Origin: a bacterium
GTDB taxonomy: Bacteria > Zhuqueibacterota > Zhuqueibacteria > Residuimicrobiales > Krinioviventaceae
Assembly: GCA_963693055.1 (NCBI GenBank)
Contig: OY843751.1
Span: 1,568,001-1,632,000, forward strand
DNA: 64,000 bases
Direction: 5' to 3'
Under the pieces are notes generated by a model. It had not been told where the DNA came from. It saw only the letters and a program-made list of their open reading frames with translations, and did no database searches. Shown here one piece after another: positions 8,847-19,023 of this stretch. Position 1 is the stretch's first letter; the number at the start of each line of letters is the position of its first letter. A program made the translations under genes and the position numbers.

Positions 8847-11321
8847 TTATTCAACCGGAAATCCATCCTTTAACGTCATTGTACCCAAAAGTTTTCCATC
8901 CCTGTCCCAGTATCGGGCTTTGCCCTGGCAGACAAAATTGATCCAGGTGGATTCGGCTTTTTTCTGTCCGTTGGGCCAGTAGTGCGTCCATACACTTTCG
9001 CCATTGGATTTGTGATCCCAGCTCCAGATTTTCTTGCACTTGATGTCCCACAAGGTTTCAGCTTCCTGTTTTTGTCCCAGGTTGTATTCTGCCTGGTACT
9101 GTACACTACCATTGGGATGATACCAGGTTTCCGTTCCATGAAGCAGGTAGCGGCCGTCATCTGCGAGTCCGGCGGACCAGGTGCAGCGCAGGTTCTTGTT
9201 CTGATCATATTCCTTATATTCCTGAACATTGCTGATAGATGCCGCTGTTGAACGCATCAGTTCTGTGTCATTGTTTACGGTTTCGTAATCACCAAGTATC
9301 CACGCTTCATTCAATTCAAAATGCAGACACGGCTGGTTCATGGTGGTGATCAGATGAATAATGCCGTTAGGCGCCTGCCGTGCGACTGAATAGCCCAAAG
9401 TGGTACCGCCAAGCTCTTTTGCCCGCTTTGGAGATTCATGCTCCTGTGTGCCTACCAGATGTTTGATATGCCAGGTCTCGCCTTCGTCTTCTGACAGCGC
9501 TACATAGGTACCTTTTTCATGATATCCCTCGGGTTGGCTGCCATCCCGGTGCTGCAGATCTCCGGCGAAAAACAGGCGTCCGCTTGCCAAGCGTATGAGG
9601 GTGGGACGCTGATTGCTCCCCAGGGAGGGGAACGGTGTTTTGCTGATGGTCCAGGTCTTGCCGCCGTCACTGGAAATGGATTTTGGCATAAATCCGTCAA
9701 TGTCACTGCTTTTGCCGCCCATAGCAAGGATGCGACCGTCTTTAAGTAATACACAGGTAGAATGTCTTCCACCGGTACGGCCACCCGGATCGCTCCAGGT
9801 TCTTCCGTTATTGCTGCTTTTCCAGAGAACGGAGGAAGGTCCAATAGCGTCGCTGGTTACATAAATATTTCCATCAAAATCCCGTAACGCCGAATTGACC
9901 GGCTGTGCCGAGTGTCCGCCCACAGATGTTTCGAAAACAGGGAATTGTATTTCACTCCAGTTTTGGCCATTGTCCGTTGTTGTAGTCCACTGGAAGGGAA
10001 AACCGGATTCCATTTGATTGGCACCCCAGAAAAACCAGACTTTAGGGCCATCTTTCCAGAGCATGGGGGCATGATCATCAACATCGGGCAGGTCAATAAA
10101 ATATTCGGGCATATCCCACTGATCGTGACCGAATCTTAATCTGGAAACAAGTAGTGACACATCAGCTCCACGTTCGGTTACAGATGTATAAAAGACAGCA
10201 AACACATCGCCATTGGGGAAAACCTCAAGCGCGGGACTGTGCTGATGCGTGAGAAATGAAGGATGAAATCCCAACCGCTTGTTCGTCTTGATATCCTTGA
10301 CGGGGATGTTGTCAATGGGAGTAGGCAGCAGGTAGCGCTTGCGGTAATAGGGTTTATTGATGTCGGGGCCCTGTTCCACATTGAACTGGTTCTGCCTGAC
10401 ACACTGAAAGAAAAACGAGGGCGTAAAAGATTCTTTTTTTGTCTCGGGCATAGGGGCTTGTACCACGCGAAATCCAATGTTGTGATTTCCCTGGTTGTCT
10501 GAAGATTCCCGGATAAAGTTTTTATAATTGAATACAGAACTGAATGATTCCGGAGCAGTAAATCGATCTTCCGGATGGATGTCCGTTGTTGAGGAGTCCT
10601 TGATCATTGCTTTCATCTCTTCCAGAGGCAGGGGAGGAAAGGCAGGCGGCATGCCAGCACGATTTGCCGAACGCGCAAAATAGGGCGCTTCATAATCGAG
10701 ACCGCCCCCACGAACGACGCGGGCGAATCCCCAATCAGGACCTGCCGGATCTGTAGCGGCATCTACTGTATACATATCATGCCAGTCTAAACACCATTCT
10801 GCAACCTGACTGTGCATATTTTTTAATCCCCATGTATTGGCAGCGTTAGAATCTGGCGGGGTGTTTCCGGTATTGAATAGAGTTGTGGTACCAGCCCGGC
10901 AGGCGTATTCCCATTCTGCTTCGGTTGGTAGGCGATACGGTTTGCCTTCTTTATTGCTCAACCATTCACAAAAGGCTGTTGCTTCATTCCAACTGATGGC
11001 AGAAGCATAGGGTGCGTAATCGGGATTGCCTTTGCATGAACTGCGAAATTGTTTAAATTGTTCTATGGTTACCTCGGTCTCGCTAATATAAAAAGCCTGC
11101 GATATGGTAACCTGATGGACTGGTTGTTCGTCCCAATCTCCCTGATCAAGATAGTCCATGTTTTCGGCACCCAGTTCAGAAGGTGTAAGCGCATTCGGTT
11201 CTCCCATATCAAATGAACCCGCTTCAATGCGGACCATTTTCATGTTCAGGCTGTTTGTATAATCTTTAGTAAAAGCAGTGCATGTTGATAGCAGGAAAAG
11301 ATACAAAAACAGTTTTTTCAT
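8847..11321 (-). CDS. Secreted FGE-sulfatase/SUMF1-like domain + BNR (sialidase-like) propeller + MORN-like repeats
   Basis: RLPTEAEWEYACRAG, RVVRGG, NIGFRVV; Asp-box repeats (TTDNGQNWS, SSNNGRTWS, SSDGGKTWT, SEDEGETWH); WYHPNG/YWPNGQ repeats. Confidence 0.85.
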   Translation of the reverse strand: MKKLFLYLFLLSTCTAFTKDYTNSLNMKMVRIEAGSFDMGEPNALTPSELGAENMDYLDQGDWDEQPVHQVTISQAFYISETEVTIEQFKQFRSSCKGNPDYAPYASAISWNEATAFCEWLSNKEGKPYRLPTEAEWEYACRAGTTTLFNTGNTPPDSNAANTWGLKNMHSQVAEWCLDWHDMYTVDAATDPAGPDWGFARVVRGGGLDYEAPYFARSANRAGMPPAFPPLPLEEMKAMIKDSSTTDIHPEDRFTAPESFSSVFNYKNFIRESSDNQGNHNIGFRVVQAPMPETKKESFTPSFFFQCVRQNQFNVEQGPDINKPYYRKRYLLPTPIDNIPVKDIKTNKRLGFHPSFLTHQHSPALEVFPNGDVFAVFYTSVTERGADVSLLVSRLRFGHDQWDMPEYFIDLPDVDDHAPMLWKDGPKVWFFWGANQMESGFPFQWTTTTDNGQNWSEIQFPVFETSVGGHSAQPVNSALRDFDGNIYVTSDAIGPSSVLWKSSNNGRTWSDPGGRTGGRHSTCVLLKDGRILAMGGKSSDIDGFMPKSISSDGGKTWTISKTPFPSLGSNQRPTLIRLASGRLFFAGDLQHRDGSQPEGYHEKGTYVALSEDEGETWHIKHLVGTQEHESPKRAKELGGTTLGYSVARQAPNGIIHLITTMNQPCLHFELNEAWILGDYETVNNDTELMRSTAASISNVQEYKEYDQNKNLRCTWSAGLADDGRYLLHGTETWYHPNGSVQYQAEYNLGQKQEAETLWDIKCKKIWSWDHKSNGESVWTHYWPNGQKKAESTWINFVCQGKARYWDRDGKLLGTMTLKDGFPVE

Positions 11322-11518
11322 AAATGTACCTGTTTGAATGATTTGATTGAATTTTTGAGGACTGGTGATGCAAAAAACGAATGTATCGTATTTTTAATAT
11401 AGAGAATAGTCAAAACAGTGTCAATATATTCTTTGGTCTGCAAGGCAAGGGTTGTTTTTATTGAAAAACCTTGTTATATTTTAAATTCTATGTTTAATTC
11501 TGAACTCCTGAGGATACA

Positions 11519-13918
11519 ATGCCAAGAGAAAATTTTCGTAAAAGATTGCTAGATGAAATATTGATATTAGATGGTTCCATGGGGACCATGCTTCAACCGC
11601 ATCTGCCCGCGGGTGCTTGTCCTGATTACGCGTGTCTTACCCATCCTGATATTGTTCGTAATGTGCACAAGGCATATGTTGAAGCAGGAGCGGATATAAT
11701 ATTAACCAATACATTCGGTGCTACCCGAATCAAATTGAATGAATATGGATTAGGCGACAAGGTCCATGATATAAATGTACGTGCCTGCGAATTGGTACAG
11801 GAAGCATCTGCCGCGCATACAATTGTTGGTGGTTCTATTGGCCCCACCGGTAAACTTGTTGAGCCTTTGGGCGATGTGAGTTTTGATGAGGTTTACAAAA
11901 TATATAAAGAACAAGTGGTATCGCTACTTGAAGGCGGTGTGGATGTATTTGTAATGGAGACCTTTGGTGATCTCAAAGAAGCCAAAGCCGCATTGCTTGC
12001 AGTACGTGAAAATACCCATCTACCGGTAATGATTGCCATGACATACGCTGAAGACCATAAGACCTTTACTGGTACGGATCCGTTAACTGCGGCAACTGTA
12101 CTTGCAGGATTGGGAGCCGATGCAATCGGTGTAAACTGTTCTTTGGGGCCCCAACAAATGCTGCCGTTGGTAAATCAGCTTGTAGAGGCAACCCATCTAC
12201 CCATTTTTGTGGAACCCAATGCCGGTATACCCAAGCTCGTGAATGGGAATCAAACCACGCATACGGTTACTGCAGATGAAATGGCCGAGTATGCGGAGAA
12301 ATATATTCAAACCGGCGCCAATATTGTAGGCACATGCTGCGGAAGTACCCCCGAACATACACGCAAAGTCCATGACAGTATTAAACATTTCAAACCGGTT
12401 CAGCGATCTGTACAAACCCGGTTGAGTTTAACAAGCCGGTTCAATACTGTTCATTTGGGCCCCGGATATCCTTTTGGAATTATTGGTGAACGGATCAATA
12501 CCACCAATCGTAAAAAACTGGCGCAGGATATCAAAGACCGTCAGTACATTCTATTGCAAAAAGATGTGGAATCCCAGGTCAAGGCTGGAGCAAACATCAT
12601 GGATTTGAACGTCAGTATGCCCGGTATTGACGAGTCACAGACCATGAGTGAGATTGTTCGTAAACTGGACAATACCCTGGCAACACCATTGTGTATTGAT
12701 TCCAAAGACAGTGCTTCAATTGAAACGGCTTTACGTGAAACTGCCGGTAAAGCGTTAATTAATTCTGCCACGGGTGAAGAGGAGAATATGCAGGAGATTT
12801 TTCCTCTTGCCGCCAGATACGGTGCGGGACTGATTTGTCTAGCCATTGATGAAGCGGGAATTCCGGATAATGCCAGAGATCGGATCCGGATTATTGAAAA
12901 ACTGCTGCAACGCGCGGATGATTTTGGTGTGGACCGTCGCAATTTGATCATCGACTGTCTTGCCATGACAGTATCCACCCAGCAGGCCGGGGCTTTGGAG
13001 ACTTTGGAGGCCATCCGGGCAATGAATCTTGATTTTCAGTTGCCGACGGTTTTAGGACTTTCTAATATCAGTTTTGGGCTGCCGGGGCGCAGTCTGCTCA
13101 ACGCTACGTATGTGAGTATTGCAATGGCGGCGGGACTCGATGCGGCAATTATGAACCCTGGTGACGAACGTATGATGGATGCGGTCAAGGCCGCATCGGT
13201 TTTTACCATGAGAGATAAAGACGCCAAACTCTATACCCAGATTGATTTTACACAAGAGACCTTGTCCGTCAAAGGTGCAACAGAAGAACAAAATAAAGAG
13301 TTGGGCGAGATCTATAACGCTATCCTGAGCGGCAATAAGGCCAGCATTGAGCATTTGGTTAAACACGCAATAGATCAGGGACTGACAGCCGAGCAGATCA
13401 ATGACGACGCGCTCATCGCCGGGATTAATGAAGTGGGTCTCCGTTACGAGCGCAAAGAATATTTTCTGCCGCAGATGATGTTGTCCGCCGAGACATTTCA
13501 AGCGGCCTTTAAATATTTACAGCCGCATTTTAAAACGCAGGATATTAAATCCAAGGGGACCATTGTACTGTGTACGGTCAAGGGCGACCTGCACAGCATT
13601 GGTAAAAATATTGTCCGTTTGCTGCTTACCAATGCGGGGTATACGGTTGAAGATATGGGAATAGATATCTCTGCCGAAGCCTTGTATGAACGAGCAATGG
13701 AGATAAACGCGGATATTGTTGGACTTTCAGCACTCATGACCACTACCATGCTGGAAATGGGCAAGGTTGTCAAGCTGTTCCGGGAAAAAGGCGCAAAGAC
13801 CAAGATCATCATTGGTGGTGCAGCCGTAACACAGGATTTTTGTGATGATATTGGCGCGGACGGGTTCTCTGTGGATGGTGTTGGCGCAGTCAAGCTAGTG
13901 GACCGGTTGATGGGATAG
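11519..13918 (+). CDS. metH: Cobalamin-dependent methionine synthase lacking the C-terminal AdoMet reactivation domain
   Basis: LDGSMGT, GVNC and GTCC Zn ligands, IGERIN pterin-binding domain, cap domain YFLPQMMLSA, DLHSIG B12 motif; ends at 799 aa. Confidence 0.9.
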   Translation: MPRENFRKRLLDEILILDGSMGTMLQPHLPAGACPDYACLTHPDIVRNVHKAYVEAGADIILTNTFGATRIKLNEYGLGDKVHDINVRACELVQEASAAHTIVGGSIGPTGKLVEPLGDVSFDEVYKIYKEQVVSLLEGGVDVFVMETFGDLKEAKAALLAVRENTHLPVMIAMTYAEDHKTFTGTDPLTAATVLAGLGADAIGVNCSLGPQQMLPLVNQLVEATHLPIFVEPNAGIPKLVNGNQTTHTVTADEMAEYAEKYIQTGANIVGTCCGSTPEHTRKVHDSIKHFKPVQRSVQTRLSLTSRFNTVHLGPGYPFGIIGERINTTNRKKLAQDIKDRQYILLQKDVESQVKAGANIMDLNVSMPGIDESQTMSEIVRKLDNTLATPLCIDSKDSASIETALRETAGKALINSATGEEENMQEIFPLAARYGAGLICLAIDEAGIPDNARDRIRIIEKLLQRADDFGVDRRNLIIDCLAMTVSTQQAGALETLEAIRAMNLDFQLPTVLGLSNISFGLPGRSLLNATYVSIAMAAGLDAAIMNPGDERMMDAVKAASVFTMRDKDAKLYTQIDFTQETLSVKGATEEQNKELGEIYNAILSGNKASIEHLVKHAIDQGLTAEQINDDALIAGINEVGLRYERKEYFLPQMMLSAETFQAAFKYLQPHFKTQDIKSKGTIVLCTVKGDLHSIGKNIVRLLLTNAGYTVEDMGIDISAEALYERAMEINADIVGLSALMTTTMLEMGKVVKLFREKGAKTKIIIGGAAVTQDFCDDIGADGFSVDGVGAVKLVDRLMG

Positions 13919-14128
13919 AGGACTTTGGGGATTAAATTTAATGTTTTTTTTACAAAGTTTTAGAATAGCTTTAAATTTTTTATCAAGAATTTAATTTGTA
14001 TATATGAAATAAGTGCAGTGTTTTGATACCCATGAGGGTTTGTAATTATTTTAAAAATAATCTTTTATATGTTGGTATGGGGTTTGTATATCAATAATAA
14101 ATTGATTTAAAAATTACTAGAGGGGAGA

Positions 14129-15225
14129 ATGAAAACACAATGGATTCTCTTAATTTTTTTGATTCTTGAATCTTTGTTATTTGCTCAAAATTTATCAAGT
14201 GAATATGAATTCCAGGTAAATACAACAATAAAATCAGGACAGGAATCTCCATGTATTACCACATTAGTTGATGGTAGATTTGTGATTTGTTGGTCGAGTT
14301 GGAATCAAGATGGGAGTGAATATGGTATTTTGGGTCAAATTTTTGATGAAAATAGTTGCAAAATAGGTAATGAATTTCAAATAAATACTTTTTCTGATTT
14401 TACTCAAAATTACCCGGCTGTTTCTTCGTTACGTGATGGTGGTTTTGTAGTGTGCTGGGCAGGCATAGAGCTCGAAGGGAATTATTTTGATATGTTTGCC
14501 CAACGTTTTGATATGGACGGAAATAAAATTGACCAAGAATTTAAGGTGAATACGTATACTAAAAATCATCAACAATTTCCATGTATAACATCTTTAAAGG
14601 ATGGAGGATTTGTTGTATGTTGGCAAAGCCGAGGTCAGGATAACTCATGTGATGGTATTTGGGGCAAACGATTTGATCGTTGGGTAAAACCTAGTAGTAA
14701 GGAATTTCAAATCAATACTTTTACAGAGTTGTACCAACAATTTCCAAAGGTTGCTTCACTAACAGACGGTGGTTTTATTGTTTGTTGGCAAAGTGATGGA
14801 AAAGATAGATATTCACCAAGAATGATTAAAGCTCAGAGATTTGATGAGTTTAATAATAGATTTTGTGAAGAGTTTCAAGTAAATGAAACATCATTATTGC
14901 ATCCTTCCCAGCCCTGTGTCTCTGGACTAGTGAATGGAGGATTTGTTATAAGTTGGAAATCATTTAGTAATGAGAATTATAAATCTGGTATTTATGCCAA
15001 GCAGTTTGATGAAAAATCTGATACTTGGGGGGATGAATTTCGAGTAGATTTTTATACAGATTACTCACAGGTAGCTCCATGTATAACCGCAAAGAATAAT
15101 GGCAACTTTGTGATTTGTTGGCAAAATGTTAATTTAGTGGGAGCGATTTGGCAAGCGGGGTGTATTTTTATACCATCAACACTGGGGATTACCACGAGAG
15201 CAAAAAGATGGTACTGGTGAGATAA
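14129..15225 (+). pseudogene. Third EFQVNT propeller paralog, truncated in repeat 6 and joined out of frame to a sorting-domain tail
   Basis: Signal peptide plus 5.5 repeats; 15133-15225 in another frame encodes FSGSDLASGVYFYTINTGDYHESKKMVLVR*. Confidence 0.8.
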
Positions 15226-15405
15226 CCTTGTTTAATTAACAAAAGTATACATGAAACCCCAAATTGTATTATCGTTTGTATTATATTATGTATTGAATAT
15301 CAAAAACCCATTCTAAAATTATTAGTAAATCCTTTTATATCAATTATATGACCCTCCGACGTAATTTTCCATTATACAAATATTCTCTGGTTTTATCAAG
15401 ACGCA

Positions 15406-15421
15406 AGGCATCAAATTTGCT
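15406..15421 (+). promoter_or_regulatory. Candidate sigma-54 promoter of the signalling cluster
   Basis: AGGCATCAAATTTGCT with GG-N10-GC spacing, about 55 bp upstream of ATG 15476. Confidence 0.5.
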
Positions 15422-15475
15422 CTTTCTTTTTTAATTCAAGCTAATGTGTTAATTTGAGGTTGTTGGAGTATTTGT

Positions 15476-17422
15476 ATGACAAGCGTTTTAATTGTAGAAG
15501 ACGAGCCTTTAGTTGCTGATGAACATGAAACAATGCTTTTGGACATGGGATACAAAGTAGTTGGTAAATGTAAAACAGCCACTGAAGCAATAGATAAATC
15601 TTTACAAATGATGCCCGATTTAATTTTAATGGATATTAATCTGGATATTGGTACCAGCGGGATAGAAGCTGCAAAGAAAATATTAAAAAATCAATCCATT
15701 CCTATTATTTTTGTTACAGGATTTCTGGATGCAGATACTTTAAAACAAGTTAAAACAATACAACCTTATGGGTATTTACAAAAGCCTGTTCAGCGGGATC
15801 TGTTATTTTCTTCAATTGAAATGGCTCTTTATAAAGCAAATTTTGATTTTCAATTGCGTGAAAACGAAAAACGTATTATGAAAATAAAAAATTCATTGTT
15901 AACAGCTGTTGTAGTAATTGATGCTAAAACAAAATCATTTGTTGAAGCAAATATTGCTGCAACAAAAATAATTGGTCATTCTGAAAAAGAGTTGATAGGG
16001 AAAAAATGTTCTGATTATTTTTGTTCAATTCAACATGATTGTGATTGTCAATTCACTTTGATAAATCAAGCAAAAGAAAATATTGAAGAGGTTATTGTAA
16101 ATGCCAAAGGTGAGGCTATTACTATATTAAAAAATATATCTCCTTTTGATTTTGGTGATAAAAAATTGATATCGGTTAGCTTTATTGATATAACAGAACG
16201 GAAGCGATCAGAAGAAATGTATCGTGTTTTATTTGAAAATTCGCATGATGCAATTATGATTCTTGACCCTGAGACGCAACATTATGTATCCTGCAACCCT
16301 GCTACAGTCAAGATGTTTAAAGTGAAAAACGAGGATGAATTCCTATTGCTTCATCCATGGGATTTTTCTCCCGAGTTTCAAAATAATAATATTTTATCCA
16401 AAGATAAAGCTGCTAGCTATATACAACAAACCATAGATACGGGTGCTATGGAATTTGAATGGACCCATCGCCGCAAAACCGGGGAGGATTTCCCTGCAAT
16501 AGTTCAGTTAAACCGCATCGTATTAAATAAAAGAACACTTGTTCAAGCTTCTGTGCGAGATGTGTCTGAGCAAAAACGTATAGAATTAGAGTTGAATCAC
16601 TCTAGGAAATTAGAAGCGGTTGGGCAACTTGCCGCAGGTATAGCACATGAAATCAATACACCTACACAATACGTTGGTGATAATATCCACTTTATGAAGG
16701 ATTCTCTGAATAGTATATTATTACAATTTGTAAAGTATCGTGAATGTTTAAAATCAATATTAAATAAAACACATGATCAAAATCATATTAAAAGTTTATT
16801 AAATGAAATTGATGAGGATGATATTGAATTTCTTTTAGAAGAAATTCCAATGGCTATTGACCAATCTCATGAAGGTATTGAGCGAATTTCTAACATAGTC
16901 AAGGCCATGAAAGAGTTTTCGCATCCGGGAACCAAAGAAAAACAATATATTAATATAAACAAAGCTATTGAAACAACAATCACTGTTGCGAGAAATGAAT
17001 GGAAATATATTTCTGATATTGAGAAAGATTTTGATTCCAGTTTACCTTTGGTTCCATGTATTGTTGATGAATTTAACCAGGTTATTTTAAATTTGGTTAT
17101 TAATGCTGTGCATGCAATTAGTGAAAAATTGAGTGATAATACTACAGAAAAAGGAAAGATAACAGTTTCAACTTTGAAAAATGCCCAGTTTGTAGAAATT
17201 CATATTACAGATACAGGTGCAGGCATACCAGAATCTGTACAGGATAAAATTTTCAATCCTTTTTTTACTACCAAAGAAATAGGCAAAGGTACAGGTCAGG
17301 GCCTTGCTATTTGCTATAATGTAATTGTAGATAAACATAACGGATCAATTAATTTTGAAACAAAGGAGAATGAAGGAACTACCTTTATTGTCAAATTACC
17401 AATTAATGAAAAAGTGGGATAA
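15476..17422 (+). CDS. Hybrid receiver-PAS-PAS histidine kinase
   Basis: REC (VEDE...MDINL...KP), two PAS-like regions, AHEINTP H-box, NLVINA, DTGAG, GTGQGL. Confidence 0.92.
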   Translation: MTSVLIVEDEPLVADEHETMLLDMGYKVVGKCKTATEAIDKSLQMMPDLILMDINLDIGTSGIEAAKKILKNQSIPIIFVTGFLDADTLKQVKTIQPYGYLQKPVQRDLLFSSIEMALYKANFDFQLRENEKRIMKIKNSLLTAVVVIDAKTKSFVEANIAATKIIGHSEKELIGKKCSDYFCSIQHDCDCQFTLINQAKENIEEVIVNAKGEAITILKNISPFDFGDKKLISVSFIDITERKRSEEMYRVLFENSHDAIMILDPETQHYVSCNPATVKMFKVKNEDEFLLLHPWDFSPEFQNNNILSKDKAASYIQQTIDTGAMEFEWTHRRKTGEDFPAIVQLNRIVLNKRTLVQASVRDVSEQKRIELELNHSRKLEAVGQLAAGIAHEINTPTQYVGDNIHFMKDSLNSILLQFVKYRECLKSILNKTHDQNHIKSLLNEIDEDDIEFLLEEIPMAIDQSHEGIERISNIVKAMKEFSHPGTKEKQYININKAIETTITVARNEWKYISDIEKDFDSSLPLVPCIVDEFNQVILNLVINAVHAISEKLSDNTTEKGKITVSTLKNAQFVEIHITDTGAGIPESVQDKIFNPFFTTKEIGKGTGQGLAICYNVIVDKHNGSINFETKENEGTTFIVKLPINEKVG

Positions 17423-17426
17423 TGTG

Positions 17427-18638
17427 ATGAGCAAAGTGAATAGAATTTTATTTGTTGATGATGAAAAACGTTTACTACAGGGGATAAAAAGGATTCTTTG
17501 GAACAGAAAAGATGAATGGAATGCAGAATATGTTGATAAAGCAGACCAGGCATTAGAGAAAATGAATGAAAGTAAATATGATGTAGTTGTTTGTGATTTG
17601 AAAATGCCCGGAATGAATGGCACAGCTTTTTTAAGCCGAGTTATGGAGTTATACCCTGAAACTATTCGTATTGTTTTGTCAGGCCAATCAGATACAAAGA
17701 CTGCTCTAATTGCTGTCAGAGTTGCGCATCAATATTTGGCAAAGCCATGTGAACCAGAAAAATTGGTTGAAACCATTGATAATTCTTTTAAATTGCACAA
17801 TTTTATTAATGATCAGAATATGATCAAATTGTTAAATCATATGAATAATATTCCAAGTTTACCATCACTTTATGTGGAAATGATGAAAGAAATTAATTCC
17901 AATAATCCTTCATTAAAAACAATAGGTGAAATAATTGAAAAAGATTTAGCAATGAGTGCCAAAATACTACAAATGATCAACTCGGCTTTTTTTGGCCTGC
18001 CGCAGCAAATTATGAGTCCCTCTGAGGCTGTTATGCTTCTCGGTTTGGATATAATACAATCGTTGGTTTTAACCGCCCAGGTTTTTTCACAATTTGAAGA
18101 AAAGCTCACTTTCGAGTTTTCTCTTGAAGCACTATGGAACCATTCATGGAATGTTGGAAATTATGTGAAAAAAATATTGGAATTTGAAAACAATGACAAG
18201 AGTGTAATAAAAAGCGGATTTATAGCCGGTTTGTTGCATGATATAGGACAGGTAATACTTGTTTCTAATTTTGTCGAACAATACAAGAAAACTATTCAAT
18301 TCGCTTTACTTCATAATTTACCGTTATGGAGGGCTGAAATTGATAGTTTTGGAGTAACACATGGCCAGGTAGGAGCTTATCTGCTAGGCTTGTGGGGTTT
18401 GCCAGATCAGGTTTTAGAGGCAGTTGCATTTCACAATATCCCTGCTTATTCTCAAAATTATGGATTTAGCCCCTTGTTGGTTTTGCATATTATTGATGTT
18501 TATGAACATGAAATATATGTAAACCGGAATAGTGAAATGAAATATGGTTTAGATAAAGTTTGGTTAGATAAAACGGATTATTCTACAAGCGTAGATAAAT
18601 GGTTGTCAATTTGTGGCGTAACAGTCGCCGGAGGTTAG
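17427..18638 (+). CDS. Response regulator with HDOD output domain
   Basis: REC (FVDDE...CDLKMP...KP), then IPSLP...DLAMSAKILQMINSAFFG...GLLHDIGQ...THGQVGAYLL..WGLP; start moved to ATG 17427. Confidence 0.92.
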   Translation: MSKVNRILFVDDEKRLLQGIKRILWNRKDEWNAEYVDKADQALEKMNESKYDVVVCDLKMPGMNGTAFLSRVMELYPETIRIVLSGQSDTKTALIAVRVAHQYLAKPCEPEKLVETIDNSFKLHNFINDQNMIKLLNHMNNIPSLPSLYVEMMKEINSNNPSLKTIGEIIEKDLAMSAKILQMINSAFFGLPQQIMSPSEAVMLLGLDIIQSLVLTAQVFSQFEEKLTFEFSLEALWNHSWNVGNYVKKILEFENNDKSVIKSGFIAGLLHDIGQVILVSNFVEQYKKTIQFALLHNLPLWRAEIDSFGVTHGQVGAYLLGLWGLPDQVLEAVAFHNIPAYSQNYGFSPLLVLHIIDVYEHEIYVNRNSEMKYGLDKVWLDKTDYSTSVDKWLSICGVTVAGG

Positions 18639-18642
18639 GAAC

Positions 18643-19008
18643 ATGAAACATAAACTTCTTTTTGTTGATGATGAGAAAAATATATTATTGGCCATTCGAA
18701 GGCATTTTAGACAAAAATATGAGATTTATTTGGCAAGTAGCGGGATAGAAGCACTTGAGTTACTTGAAAAAGAAGAACCCATTGATGTTTTGATAACAGA
18801 TTATTTCATGCCTATGATGAATGGAATTACTTTGATTAAAAAGACAAATGAGTCATTCCCTAATACAAAGTGCATTTTGTTGTCAGGTAATACTGAAATT
18901 TTGAATACTATTGAAGACAACGAATCTATCATATATTTTAAAAGTTTATCAAAACCTTGTTCATCTTTCGAGTTGGAAAATAACATACAATTGGCATTAT
19001 CACAATAA
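18643..19008 (+). CDS. Single-domain response regulator
   Basis: FVDDE, ITDYFMP, LLSG, KP motifs. Confidence 0.9.
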   Translation: MKHKLLFVDDEKNILLAIRRHFRQKYEIYLASSGIEALELLEKEEPIDVLITDYFMPMMNGITLIKKTNESFPNTKCILLSGNTEILNTIEDNESIIYFKSLSKPCSSFELENNIQLALSQ

Positions 19009-19023
19009 TCATTCTAAAATTTT

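Noticed and set aside
8847-11321. Diversity-generating retroelement target (FGE/CLec-fold domain)
   Set aside because: The domain is N-terminal, and I saw no template repeat differing at adenines and no reverse transcriptase in the window
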